Assembly: GCA_964291675.2 (NCBI GenBank)
Contig: OZ219865.1
Coordinates: 1,087,547 to 1,151,546 of the forward strand
DNA from: Alphaproteobacteria bacterium
GTDB taxonomy: Bacteria; Pseudomonadota; Alphaproteobacteria; MPNO01
Direction of reading: 5' to 3'
Length of the DNA stretch: 64,000 nt
A program made the position numbers and the translations under genes. Shown here in pieces: positions 1 to 9,554 of this stretch. A model generated the notes under the pieces. That model did no database searches and had not been told where the DNA came from. It was given only the letters and a program-made list of their open reading frames with translations. Every line of letters begins with the position of its first letter. Positions within the stretch are counted from its first letter, which is position 1.

Positions 1-2
1 AA

Positions 3-1610
3 GTCCTCTATCTGGTCACTCTGGGCGTCCTCGCGCTGGCGCTGCTGAAGGCCGCCGGGACCTATGTCCAGACGGTCCTGATGGCCCGGGTGGGCGAAGG
101 AATCGTCGCCGACTTCCGGCGCGACATGTATGTCAGGCTGATGCAGGCCGATCTGGGATTTTTCGCCAATACCCAGACCGGCAACCTGATCGCACGCTTC
201 ACCGTCGACGCCTCCATGCTGCGTGTGAACCTGATCCGCGCCATGACGGGCATGGTCAAGGACACGCTGGAGCTCGTCTTCCTGGTCGGGGTGATGTTCT
301 ACCAGGATTGGCTGATGGCGATGGTCGCAGCGGTCGCCTTTCCTCTGTCGATCTGGCCCATCGTTGCGGTAGGCCGGCGCATAAGAAGCGCCGCCTCGAT
401 CACCCAGGCGCGGATGGCCGACCTCACCGTCCGCCTCGACGAGAGCTTCCCGGCTGCCCGGCTCATCAAGGCCTATCGCATGGAGCGCGCGGAGGTCGGC
501 CGGGCAGGCGCGGTGATCGAACAGGTCTTCAAGCGCGCATACCGCGCGGCGCGGATCGCCGCGATCACCCGGCCGGTGATGGAGATTCTGGGCGGTGCGG
601 TGGCCGCCGCCATCATCCTGTTCGGCGGCAGCAGAGTGATCGGCGGGTCGATCACGCCGGGCGAGCTGTTCTCGTTCATCGCCGCGCTTCTGCTCGCCTA
701 CCGGCCGCTCAAGGCGCTCGCGGGGCTCAACAACTTCCTGCAAGAGGGGCTGGCGGCCGCACAACGCGTCTTCGCCGTGCTCGATATCGAACCCGACATC
801 GTGGACGCGCCGGATGCCAGGCCGCTCGCCGTCGACGGCGGCGAGGTTCGATTCGACAATGTGCGCTTCTCCTACACGCCCGGCGTTCCGGCGGTGGTCG
901 ACATCGATCTGGTCGCGCCGGCCGGCGCGACGGTGGCGCTGGTCGGCGCCTCCGGCGCGGGCAAGTCCACCCTTCTCAACCTGATCCCCCGCTTCTACGA
1001 CACGGACAGCGGTGCGATCCGCATCGACGGCCAGGATGTGCGCGAGGTCACGCTCGCCTCGCTGCGCGACGCCATCGGCCTGGTCAGCCAGGAGGTGACG
1101 CTGTTCGACGACACGGTGCGGGACAACATCGCCTTTGGCCGGGCGGGCGCGACGACGGACGAGATCGTCGCGGCCGCAAAGAACGCCGGGGCGCACGACT
1201 TCATCCTGAGGCTGCCGGAGGGCTACGACACGCCGGTCGGCGAGCTCGGCGAACGCCTCTCCGGCGGCCAGCGCCAACGCATCGCGATCGCCCGCGCCAT
1301 GCTCAAGGACGCGCCCATCCTGCTCCTCGACGAAGCCACCTCCGCGCTCGACGCGGAATCCGAGCGCGCGGTCCGCGAGGCGCTCGACCGCCTCAAGCGG
1401 GGCCGGACCACGATCGTCATCGCCCACCGCCTGTCGACCGTGGTGGGCTCCGATATCATCTATGTGATGGAGCGCGGCCGGGTCGTCGAATCGGGCAGGC
1501 ATGCCGAGCTTCTCGCGGCGGGCGGCGCCTATGCGCGGCAATACGCGCTCCAGTTCGTCGATATCGAAGACGCCGCCGAACCGGCGGCCGCGGCCGACGC
1601 CGCCGAGTAG
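3..1610 (+). CDS. msbA: Lipid A ABC exporter MsbA-like (5' truncated by window edge)
   Basis: TM domain plus Walker A GASGAGKS, LSGGQRQR and LLLDEATSALD; frame open to the window start; upstream of waaA-lpxK. Confidence 0.85.
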   Translation, partial: VLYLVTLGVLALALLKAAGTYVQTVLMARVGEGIVADFRRDMYVRLMQADLGFFANTQTGNLIARFTVDASMLRVNLIRAMTGMVKDTLELVFLVGVMFYQDWLMAMVAAVAFPLSIWPIVAVGRRIRSAASITQARMADLTVRLDESFPAARLIKAYRMERAEVGRAGAVIEQVFKRAYRAARIAAITRPVMEILGGAVAAAIILFGGSRVIGGSITPGELFSFIAALLLAYRPLKALAGLNNFLQEGLAAAQRVFAVLDIEPDIVDAPDARPLAVDGGEVRFDNVRFSYTPGVPAVVDIDLVAPAGATVALVGASGAGKSTLLNLIPRFYDTDSGAIRIDGQDVREVTLASLRDAIGLVSQEVTLFDDTVRDNIAFGRAGATTDEIVAAAKNAGAHDFILRLPEGYDTPVGELGERLSGGQRQRIAIARAMLKDAPILLLDEATSALDAESERAVREALDRLKRGRTTIVIAHRLSTVVGSDIIYVMERGRVVESGRHAELLAAGGAYARQYALQFVDIEDAAEPAAAADAAE

Positions 1611-1631
1611 GCGGGCGGTCCGGCGGGCGAC

Positions 1632-2945
1632 ATGACCGCGCCGCGGCGCCCGGGACCCGATCCGACGCTCGGCCTCTATCGCGCGGCCGCGGCGATGGCG
1701 GGGCCGTTGCTGCGGCGCTACGTCGAATACCGGGCACGGAGGGGCAAGGAAGACCCGGCGCGCCTGGCCGAGCGCTTCGGCCGCGCCTCGCAGGCGCGCC
1801 CGGCGGGACCGCTGGTCTGGCTCCACGCGGCGAGCGTGGGCGAGGCGCTCTCCTTCCTGCCGCTGGTCGAGGCGGTTATCGGACGCTGGCCCCGGCTCGC
1901 CCTGCTGGTCACCACCGGAACCGTCACCTCCGCGCGGCTGATGGCGGAACGGCTGCCCGCCGGAGCGATCCACCAGTTCGCCCCCGTCGACCGGCCGCGC
2001 TGGATCGGGGCGTTTCTCGATCACTGGCGCCCCGATCTCGCGATCCGGGTCGAGTCGGAGCTCTGGCCGGCGACGCTGGATGCGATCGAGGCGAGGTCGA
2101 TCCCGTCGCTTCTGGTCAATGCGCGCATGTCGCGGCGCTCGGCGCGAAACTGGCGGCGCGTCCCGGGGCTCGCGCGGCGGGTCCTCGGCACGTTCGCGCT
2201 CTGCCTCGCCCAGACGGAGGAGGATGCGGCGCGCTTGCGCGGCCTCGGCGCGCCGGACGTTCGCTGCCTGGGCAATCTGAAGCTCGCGTCACCGGCGCTG
2301 CCCTTCGACGCGGGTCTGCTGGAGACCCTGCGGCAACGCTGCGCCGGGCGTCCGGTGTGGATCGGCGCGAGCACCCATGACGGGGAGGAGGAGCGGCTCG
2401 CCGCCGCCCATCGCGCGATTCGTGCCCGCCTGCCGGACGCCCTGCTGATCCTGGTGCCGCGCCACCCGGCCCGCGGCCCGCGAATTGCCGCCCGCCTGCG
2501 CGGGGACGGCCATGCGGTCGGGCTGCGCTCGGCCCACCAGCCGCCCGGTTCGGAGATCTACGTGGCCGACGGGCTGGGCGAGCTCGGCGTCATGTACCGT
2601 CTGGCGAAGGTGGGCTTTGTCGGCGGCTCGCTGGTTCCCCATGGCGGGCAGAACCTGCTCGAACCGGCGCGGCTCGATTGCGCCATCCTGCACGGCCCGC
2701 ACATGGCCAATTTCGCCGAGATAACCGGCGAGATGGCGCGGGCGGGCGGCAGCGTGCAGGTCGAGACGGAGGAGGCGCTGGCGGAGGCGGTCGCCGAACT
2801 GCTCACCGACGAGGCGATGCGCTCGCGAAGCTGCGCCGCCGCCGCCCGCATCGCCGAGGGCAAGACGCGGATCCTCGATGCGGTGGTGGACGCCATCGCG
2901 CCCTATCTCGACCGGGCGCAGGAGGGCGCGGGTGCGGACGCCTGA
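1632..2945 (+). CDS. waaA: 3-deoxy-D-manno-octulosonic acid transferase
   Basis: WLHAASVGE, ESELWP, ASTHDGEE, VPRHPAR and GGQNLLEPA motifs. Confidence 0.95.
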   Translation: MTAPRRPGPDPTLGLYRAAAAMAGPLLRRYVEYRARRGKEDPARLAERFGRASQARPAGPLVWLHAASVGEALSFLPLVEAVIGRWPRLALLVTTGTVTSARLMAERLPAGAIHQFAPVDRPRWIGAFLDHWRPDLAIRVESELWPATLDAIEARSIPSLLVNARMSRRSARNWRRVPGLARRVLGTFALCLAQTEEDAARLRGLGAPDVRCLGNLKLASPALPFDAGLLETLRQRCAGRPVWIGASTHDGEEERLAAAHRAIRARLPDALLILVPRHPARGPRIAARLRGDGHAVGLRSAHQPPGSEIYVADGLGELGVMYRLAKVGFVGGSLVPHGGQNLLEPARLDCAILHGPHMANFAEITGEMARAGGSVQVETEEALAEAVAELLTDEAMRSRSCAAAARIAEGKTRILDAVVDAIAPYLDRAQEGAGADA

Positions 2946-3927
2946 ATTCTGGCGGCGCGACGGCCTCGCCGCCCGCGCGCTCGCGCCCGCATCGTGGGTC
3001 TATGGCGCGGTCGCGGCGGTCAGGCGTGGCACCGCCCGGGCCGTGCGACCGCCAGTGCCCGTCTTGTGCGTCGGCAATCTGGTGGCGGGCGGCGCCGGCA
3101 AGACACCGGTGGCGCTGGCGCTCGGCGGGAAGCTCGCCGCGCGCGGTCACGCGGTGCACTTCCTGTCGCGCGGCTATGGCGGCCGCGAGCGGGACCCCCT
3201 CCTCGTGGACCCCGCCCGGCACGGCGCGGACGCGGTGGGCGATGAGCCGTTGCTGCTCGCCCGCGTCGCTCCGACATGGGTTTCCGCCGATCGCGCGGCC
3301 GGGGCCACCGCCGCGGCCGAAGGCGGCGCCGGGCTGATCGTCATGGACGACGGCCATCAGAACGCGACCGTCGCCAAGGCCTGCTCCATCGTCGTCGTCG
3401 ACGGGGTCTACGGCTTCGGTAACGGCCGGCTGCTGCCGGCGGGGCCGCTGCGCGAGACGGTGGCGGCGGGCCTCGCCCGCGCCGACGCGGTGATCGTAAT
3501 CGGCCCCGACGAGGCGGGAATCGGCGCCGCGATTCCGACCGGTGTCCGCGCCTTGGCGGGACGCCTCGCCCCGCTGCCCGACAGCGCCGGGATCGCGGGC
3601 AAGCCCGTGGTCGCCTTCGCCGGCATCGCCCGGCCGGAAAAATTCTTCGCCACCCTGCGAACGCTCGGCTGCCGGATCGAGCACAAGCAGGCTTTCGCCG
3701 ATCACCACCGGTTCCACGCATCCGAGATCGCCGCTCTTCTACAGATCGCGGAAAGCCTGGGCGCGGTAGCAGTCACCACCGCGAAGGACGCGGTGAGGCT
3801 GCCGCCCGCCCTGCGCGGCGGGGTTCGGGTCCTCGACATCGCCTTCGAGTGGGACGACGAGGCCGCGGCAACGGCCCTTATCGCCGAGATCGAGGCGCGT
3901 GCGGGGATCGCATCCGGGGCGGGTTGA
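2932..3927 (+). CDS. lpxK: Tetraacyldisaccharide 4'-kinase
   Basis: VGNLVAGGAGKTP, SRGYGG, GDEPLLLA, MDDGHQ, LLPAGPLRE; GTG start at 2932 after GGAGG. Confidence 0.95.
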   Translation: MRTPEFWRRDGLAARALAPASWVYGAVAAVRRGTARAVRPPVPVLCVGNLVAGGAGKTPVALALGGKLAARGHAVHFLSRGYGGRERDPLLVDPARHGADAVGDEPLLLARVAPTWVSADRAAGATAAAEGGAGLIVMDDGHQNATVAKACSIVVVDGVYGFGNGRLLPAGPLRETVAAGLARADAVIVIGPDEAGIGAAIPTGVRALAGRLAPLPDSAGIAGKPVVAFAGIARPEKFFATLRTLGCRIEHKQAFADHHRFHASEIAALLQIAESLGAVAVTTAKDAVRLPPALRGGVRVLDIAFEWDDEAAATALIAEIEARAGIASGAG

Positions 3928-3933
3928 AGACCC

Positions 3934-5427
3934 TTACAGCAGCCGCCCTTGCGTGCCGTCGTCCGAACCCTGCCCGGCCCTCCGCGACCGGGACGGCCTC
4001 CCGTCCAGGCGAGCGGCAAGGCGGGCGTCGGAGAACTGGATTTCGATGGCGCCGCCCGGCACGGCCTGGGCGGCTCGCGCGACGGGCCTCCCGGAGGCAT
4101 CCCGGACGACCGTGAAGCCGCGCTCCAGCACCCGCTCGTAGGACAGGCTTTCGAGCAGGGCGGCGAGCGCGCCCAGCCGTGTCCCCGCCGCGCTATGGCG
4201 GCGCTCCGCCGAGTCCCGCATGCGCCGGCCCGCGTCCAGCGCACGGTACCGCGCGTCGGCGCCGGCGAGGCGGCCGTCGACGGCGTTGGCGAGCCGTTCG
4301 GCGAACCCGCCGACGCGCTCGCCCGCCCGCGCCACCTGCTCGGCCGGGCTGCGAATCCCTGCCGCCGCCCGTTCGACGGAGGCGCCGCGCGCAGCCAGCA
4401 GGTTGGCGAGCGCGTTGCGCAGCCGGTCGCTCTGGTCGTCGAGGGCCTGGCTCGCCTGCTCCAGCAGGCGCTCCGGCCTCGGCAGACCGCGCGCGAAGCC
4501 CTCGGCGACGCGCGCCCGCTCGCGCAGCTCGCGCTCGACGGCCGCGCCCATGCGGCGCTCGATGTCGAGTATCCTCTCGCGCAGCTCGGCGCGTACCGGG
4601 ACCGCCATCTCGGCGGCGGCCGTCGGCGTCGGCGCGCGGCGGTCGGCGGCGAAATCGATCAGCGTCGTGTCGGTCTCGTGCCCGATCGCCGAGATCAGCG
4701 GGATGTCGGAGGCGGCGGCGGCGCGGACCACGGGCTCCTCGTTGAAGGTCCACAGATCCTCCAGGCTGCCGCCACCGCGGGCGACGATCAGCACGTCGGG
4801 GCGCGGGACCGCCCCGTCCGGGAGGAGCGCGTTGAACCCGGCGATCGCGGCGGCCACGCGCGCGTCCGCGCCTTCGCCCTGAACCGGCACCGGCCACAGG
4901 ATCACCCGGCGGGGAAAGCGGTCGGCGAGGCGGTGGAGGATGTCGCGGATCACCGCGCCGGTGGGCGAGGTGACGACGCCGACGATGTCGGGCAGGAAGG
5001 GGATGTCCTGCTTGCGTTCGCTGTCGAACAGCCCCTCGGCGGCGAGCCGCTTGCGGCGGTCCTCCAGCAGCTTGAGAAGCGCGCCCTCCCCCGCCAGCTC
5101 GACCGCCTCGACGACGACCTGGTAGCGCGAGCTGCGCGGATAGGACGAGATGCGCCCGGTGCAGACGACCTCCATGCCCTCTTCGATTCGGAGCCCGAGG
5201 CGCCCCACAGTGCCGCGCCAGCAGACCGCGTCGAGCGACGCCGAATCGTCCTTCAGCGTGAAATAGAGATGGCCGGAGCCGTGATAGTTGGGCCTGCCCA
5301 CCTCGCCGCGCACCCTCACATGCTCGAAATTCCCTTCGAGCGTCCGCTTGACGGCCTGGGAGATCTCGCTGACCGAGTATTCGACGACGTTGGGCTGGAC
5401 CGCCGTCAACGGGGGGATGTCCGCCAT
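3934..5427 (-). CDS. xseA: Exodeoxyribonuclease VII large subunit
   Basis: SGHLYFTLKD, VTSPTGAVIRDI, ARGGGSLEDLW, SAIGHETD, APTPTAAAE. Confidence 0.96.
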   Translation of the reverse strand: MADIPPLTAVQPNVVEYSVSEISQAVKRTLEGNFEHVRVRGEVGRPNYHGSGHLYFTLKDDSASLDAVCWRGTVGRLGLRIEEGMEVVCTGRISSYPRSSRYQVVVEAVELAGEGALLKLLEDRRKRLAAEGLFDSERKQDIPFLPDIVGVVTSPTGAVIRDILHRLADRFPRRVILWPVPVQGEGADARVAAAIAGFNALLPDGAVPRPDVLIVARGGGSLEDLWTFNEEPVVRAAAASDIPLISAIGHETDTTLIDFAADRRAPTPTAAAEMAVPVRAELRERILDIERRMGAAVERELRERARVAEGFARGLPRPERLLEQASQALDDQSDRLRNALANLLAARGASVERAAAGIRSPAEQVARAGERVGGFAERLANAVDGRLAGADARYRALDAGRRMRDSAERRHSAAGTRLGALAALLESLSYERVLERGFTVVRDASGRPVARAAQAVPGGAIEIQFSDARLAARLDGRPSRSRRAGQGSDDGTQGRLL

Positions 5428-5479
5428 GCGGGCATTCTATGCTAATGCTGGGCCGGGGTGCACGGGGGGGCGCGTGGCG

Positions 5480-6748
5480 ATGCGGGTGCTGGTGGTGGGC
5501 GGCGGGGGCCGCGAACACGCGCTGTGCTGGGCCATCGCCGCCTCCCCGCTGGTGGATGCGCTCTTCTGCGCCCCCGGCAATGCCGGCATCGCGGCGGATG
5601 CGACATGCGTCCCCGTCGGGGCGGAGGATATCGGCGGTATCGTCCGTTTCGCGCGCGACCGGGGCATCGATTTCGTCGTGGTCGGCCCCGAGGCGCCGCT
5701 GGTCGCCGGGCTGGTCGACCGGCTGGCCGATGCCGGCATCAAGGCGTTCGGCCCGACCGCCGCGGCGGCGAGGCTGGAGGGGTCCAAGGCCTTCGCCAAG
5801 GATCTGTGCGCGCGCCACGGCATTCCCACCGCGGCCTATGGCCGCTTCACCGATCTCGCGGCGGCGGGCGCGTTCATCGAAGACCGCGAACCCCCCATCG
5901 TGGTCAAGGCGGACGGGCTCGCCGCCGGCAAGGGGGTGACGATCGCCGAAACCCGCGACGCCGCGCTCGACGCCGCCCGGGACATGCTGACCGGCGGGCG
6001 GTTCGGCAAAGCGGGCGAGGAGATCGTGATCGAGGCGTTCCTCGCCGGCGAGGAGGCGAGCTTCTTCGCCCTGGTCGACGGGGAGACGGCGCTGCCGCTC
6101 GCCGCCGCGCAGGACCACAAGCGGGCGGGCGACGGCGACACGGGGCCCAATACCGGCGGCATGGGCGCCTACTCCCCCGCCCCAATCGTCACCGAGGCGG
6201 TGGCCGAGCGCGTCATGGCGCGCATCGTCCGCCCGACCGTCGCGGCCATGAAGGCCGAGGGCGCGCCCTTCAGGGGCGTGCTCTATGCCGGGCTGATGAT
6301 CGACGGCGGGGAGCCCAGCCTGCTCGAATACAATGTCCGGTTCGGCGATCCGGAATGCCAGGCGCTGATGGTCCGGCTCGCCTCCGACCTGCTGCCGGCG
6401 CTGATCGCGAGCGCCGACGGCGTGCTCGACATGTTCGACCTCCGTTGGCATGACGACGCGGCGCTGACCGTGGTCATGGCGTCGAAGGGCTACCCGGGCG
6501 CCTACGAGACGGGCGGCGTCATCGGCGGCCTCGAAGCATCGTCGGCGATCGACGGGGTGACCGTGTTCCATGCCGGCACGCGCGAGGACGGCGGCACAAT
6601 CCGCGCTTCGGGCGGGCGGGTGCTCGGCATCACCGCCTGCGCGCCGTCCATCGCGGATGCGCAACGCCTGGCCTATCGCGCGGTCGACGCGATCGACTGG
6701 CCGGGCGGGTTCTGCCGGCGCGACATCGGCGCGCGCGCCAACGACTGA
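5480..6748 (+). CDS. purD: Phosphoribosylamine-glycine ligase
   Basis: GGGGREHAL, VKADGLAAGKGV, QDHKRAGDGDTGPNTGGMGAYSP, EYNVRFGDPE. Confidence 0.97.
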   Translation: MRVLVVGGGGREHALCWAIAASPLVDALFCAPGNAGIAADATCVPVGAEDIGGIVRFARDRGIDFVVVGPEAPLVAGLVDRLADAGIKAFGPTAAAARLEGSKAFAKDLCARHGIPTAAYGRFTDLAAAGAFIEDREPPIVVKADGLAAGKGVTIAETRDAALDAARDMLTGGRFGKAGEEIVIEAFLAGEEASFFALVDGETALPLAAAQDHKRAGDGDTGPNTGGMGAYSPAPIVTEAVAERVMARIVRPTVAAMKAEGAPFRGVLYAGLMIDGGEPSLLEYNVRFGDPECQALMVRLASDLLPALIASADGVLDMFDLRWHDDAALTVVMASKGYPGAYETGGVIGGLEASSAIDGVTVFHAGTREDGGTIRASGGRVLGITACAPSIADAQRLAYRAVDAIDWPGGFCRRDIGARAND

Positions 6749-6758
6749 GGAGCGAGAC

Positions 6759-7526
6759 ATGCGGGCAAATCCGATTCGCCGGATCTGGGAAGACGGCGGC
6801 TGGGTGCTCAACGCCTGGTGCGCGATCCCGAGCGCCTTCGCGGCGGAGGTGATGGCCAATCTCGGCTGGGATTCGGTCACCGTCGACATGCAGCACGGGG
6901 TGAACGACTACCAGTCGGCGGTCGGCATGTTCCAGGCGATCTCGACCACGCAAGCGGCGCCGATGGCGCGGGTGCCGTGGAACGACCCGGCCATCGTCAT
7001 GAAGATGCTGGACGCCGGCGCCTATGGGCTGATCTGCCCGCTGGTCAACTCGGCCGAAGAGGCGGAGCGCTTCGCCGGGGCCTGCCGCTACCCGCCGCGC
7101 GGCTACCGGAGCTCGGGGCCGATCCGGGCGCTGATCTATGGCGGGGCCGATTACTTCGACCACGCCGACGACACCATCGTCACCTTCGCCATGATCGAGA
7201 CCACCGACGCGCTCGCCAATCTCGATTCCATCCTCGCGGTGGACGAGATCGACGCGGTCTATATCGGCCCCTCAGACCTCTCGCTCTCGCTCGGCTGCAA
7301 GCCCGGGCTCGACCGGACCGAGACGGTGGTGGTCGAGGCGATCGAGACCATCCTCGCCGCCGCCAAGCGGCACGGCAAACGCGCCGGCATCCAGTGCAAC
7401 GACACCGGCTACGCCAGGCGCATGGTGGAGCGGGGCTTCGACCTGGTGACGGTGATGAGCGACCAGCGCCTGCTCGCAGCCGCCGGCAACAAAATCGTCG
7501 CCGACATGCGCGATGGCGGCGACTAG
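6759..7526 (+). CDS. HpcH/HpaI aldolase family protein
   Basis: VDMQHG, ARVPWND, LDAGAYG, MIET, YIGPSDLS. Confidence 0.9.
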   Translation: MRANPIRRIWEDGGWVLNAWCAIPSAFAAEVMANLGWDSVTVDMQHGVNDYQSAVGMFQAISTTQAAPMARVPWNDPAIVMKMLDAGAYGLICPLVNSAEEAERFAGACRYPPRGYRSSGPIRALIYGGADYFDHADDTIVTFAMIETTDALANLDSILAVDEIDAVYIGPSDLSLSLGCKPGLDRTETVVVEAIETILAAAKRHGKRAGIQCNDTGYARRMVERGFDLVTVMSDQRLLAAAGNKIVADMRDGGD

Positions 7527-7628
7527 CGGAGACAGGCCGAGGGCGCGATCGCGCCGCGCCTCCCTCGGTATGTTAGCCTGAACGGCGCTCGGGGCGATCA
7601 AATTGCCGCATTCATCGGGGGCGGTCCC

Positions 7629-7871
7629 ATGAAATGGTACGACTATATCCATAGCGATCCGTCGGTCATGGTCGGAAAACCGGTGATCCGCGGCACCCGG
7701 CTGTCGGTAGAGTTCCTGCTCGGACTGTTGGCCGAAGGCTGGACCGAACAGCAGATACTGGAAAGCTACCCGCAGCTCTCGCGGGAAGCGTTGCGCGCGA
7801 CATTCGCCTTTGCGGTCGAATGCACGCGGGACGAGCTGGTCTACGATGTCGGCAACGGGGCGACGGGTTGA
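7629..7871 (+). CDS. DUF433 family antitoxin
   Basis: DPSVMVGKPVIRGTRLSVEFLL...ILESYPQL signature. Confidence 0.88.
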   Translation: MKWYDYIHSDPSVMVGKPVIRGTRLSVEFLLGLLAEGWTEQQILESYPQLSREALRATFAFAVECTRDELVYDVGNGATG

Positions 7872-8245
7872 AGCTGCTGGCGAACGAGAACATACCGCTC
7901 GACAGCGTGCGAACTCTGCGGAGCAATGGACACGATGTCGTTTCGATCGGCGAGCGGTCTCCCGGAATCTCCGACGAAGAGGTCATTCGGATCGCCCGAA
8001 CGGAGAACCGGATAATCGTAACCTTCGACAGGGATTACGGAGAGCTGGTCTTCCGTCGTGGATCGCCGCCGCCTGCGGGCATCTTGTATCTGCGCTTCGT
8101 TCCGAACAGCCCGTCGGAAGTCGCCACATATGTTTCCAAGCTGATCGAGAGCGGTATCGACCTGGACCGCCGATTCACGACGGCGGACCGTGGAAGAGTG
8201 CGACAGACAATGCTCGACCGTCTCTCGCAGGGCGGTCCCGGTTGA
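7868..8245 (+). CDS. DUF5615 PIN-like toxin
   Basis: MKLLANENIP...GHDV...SDEEV...VTFDRDYGEL; TTGA overlap with the DUF433 gene. Confidence 0.85.
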   Translation: MKLLANENIPLDSVRTLRSNGHDVVSIGERSPGISDEEVIRIARTENRIIVTFDRDYGELVFRRGSPPPAGILYLRFVPNSPSEVATYVSKLIESGIDLDRRFTTADRGRVRQTMLDRLSQGGPG

Positions 8246-8278
8246 GCGTCGGCGAGTCGGGGAAACGGAACGGAAACG

Positions 8279-9160
8279 ATGACGGCGGACAATAGCGGCG
8301 CGTTCGAGAGCATCTGGGCGGATCTGCAGGGGGTTCCCTTCGAGCAGGGCTATGTCGATGTCGGCGGTATCGCCACCCGCTACCTGCATGCCGGGAGCGC
8401 GGGCCAGCCGGGGCTCGTGTTCCTGCACGGCACCGGCGGCCATGCCGAGGCCTATGTGCGCAACCTCGCCGCCCACGCCCCGCATTTCGACACCTACGCG
8501 ATCGACATGCTGGGCCACGGCTATACCGGGAAGCCGGACTACGACTACGAGATCCCGCGCTATATCGACCACCTGGCGGGGTTTTTGGACGCCATCGGCA
8601 TCGACCGGGTGTCGCTGTCGGGCGAATCGCTCGGCGGCTGGGTGGCGGGCGCCTTCGCCATCGCCCATCCCGACCGGGTCGACCGGCTGGTGCTCAACAC
8701 CGCCGGGGCCGACATGGTCGACCCGGACGCGCTGGCGGCGCTCCGCGCCTCGACCGCGGCGGCGGTGGAGGACCCGAGCTGGGAGCGCGTGCGGACGCGG
8801 CTCGAATGGCTGATGCACACCAATTCCGACGTGCACGATGATCTGGTGGCGAGCCGCCAGGCGATCTATTCCCGCCCGGAGATGAAGGCGGGCGTCACCC
8901 GCATCCTCTGCCTCCACACCCCGGAGGCGCGCCGGCGCTTCGCGGTCAAGCCGGAGGAATGGGCGCGGATCGCGGCGCCGACGCTGGTGCTGTGGACAAG
9001 TCACGACCCTACCGCCACCGTCGATGTCGGCGAGACGCTGGCCGGGATGATCCCGGGCGCCAGATTCGTCGTCATGCAGGATTGCGGGCACTGGCCGCAA
9101 TTCGAGGACGCCGAGACCTTCAACCGCATCCATGTCGATTTTCTGCTCGGCCGCGGCTGA
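8279..9160 (+). CDS. Alpha/beta hydrolase, meta-cleavage product (MhpC-like) hydrolase
   Basis: FLHGTGG, GESLGG nucleophile elbow, CGHWPQFE. Confidence 0.85.
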   Translation: MTADNSGAFESIWADLQGVPFEQGYVDVGGIATRYLHAGSAGQPGLVFLHGTGGHAEAYVRNLAAHAPHFDTYAIDMLGHGYTGKPDYDYEIPRYIDHLAGFLDAIGIDRVSLSGESLGGWVAGAFAIAHPDRVDRLVLNTAGADMVDPDALAALRASTAAAVEDPSWERVRTRLEWLMHTNSDVHDDLVASRQAIYSRPEMKAGVTRILCLHTPEARRRFAVKPEEWARIAAPTLVLWTSHDPTATVDVGETLAGMIPGARFVVMQDCGHWPQFEDAETFNRIHVDFLLGRG

Positions 9161-9187
9161 GCCCGTCCCCCTTTCAGGAGAGCCGCC

Positions 9188-9544
9188 ATGGCCGACCATC
9201 ACGACATGCTGGGCAAGAGGTTCTTCGCGATCCTCACCGAGGCCGCGCCCGGCGCCACGCCGTTGGAGCTCCAGGCCACGCTGCCGGACCATCTCGACCA
9301 CCAGGTGAGGCTCGAGCAGGAGGGCATTTTGTTCGCCGCCGGCCCGCTCGACGCCGAGGACGGCTCGCGCCGCGGGCTGATCGTCATCCGGGCGGAGTCC
9401 TTCGAGGACGCGCGCCGGATCGCCGATACCGACCCCTTCCATGCCCAGGGGCTGAGGACCTACACCGTGGAGCAATGGACCGTGAACGAGGGGAGCTACA
9501 CGGTCCGCCTGACCTATTCGGACCAGCGCCTCGCGCTCGACTAG
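9188..9544 (+). CDS. YciI family protein
   Basis: HLDHQ...FAAGP...GLIVIRA...DPFH. Confidence 0.85.
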   Translation: MADHHDMLGKRFFAILTEAAPGATPLELQATLPDHLDHQVRLEQEGILFAAGPLDAEDGSRRGLIVIRAESFEDARRIADTDPFHAQGLRTYTVEQWTVNEGSYTVRLTYSDQRLALD

Positions 9545-9554
9545 GCATCGGGCG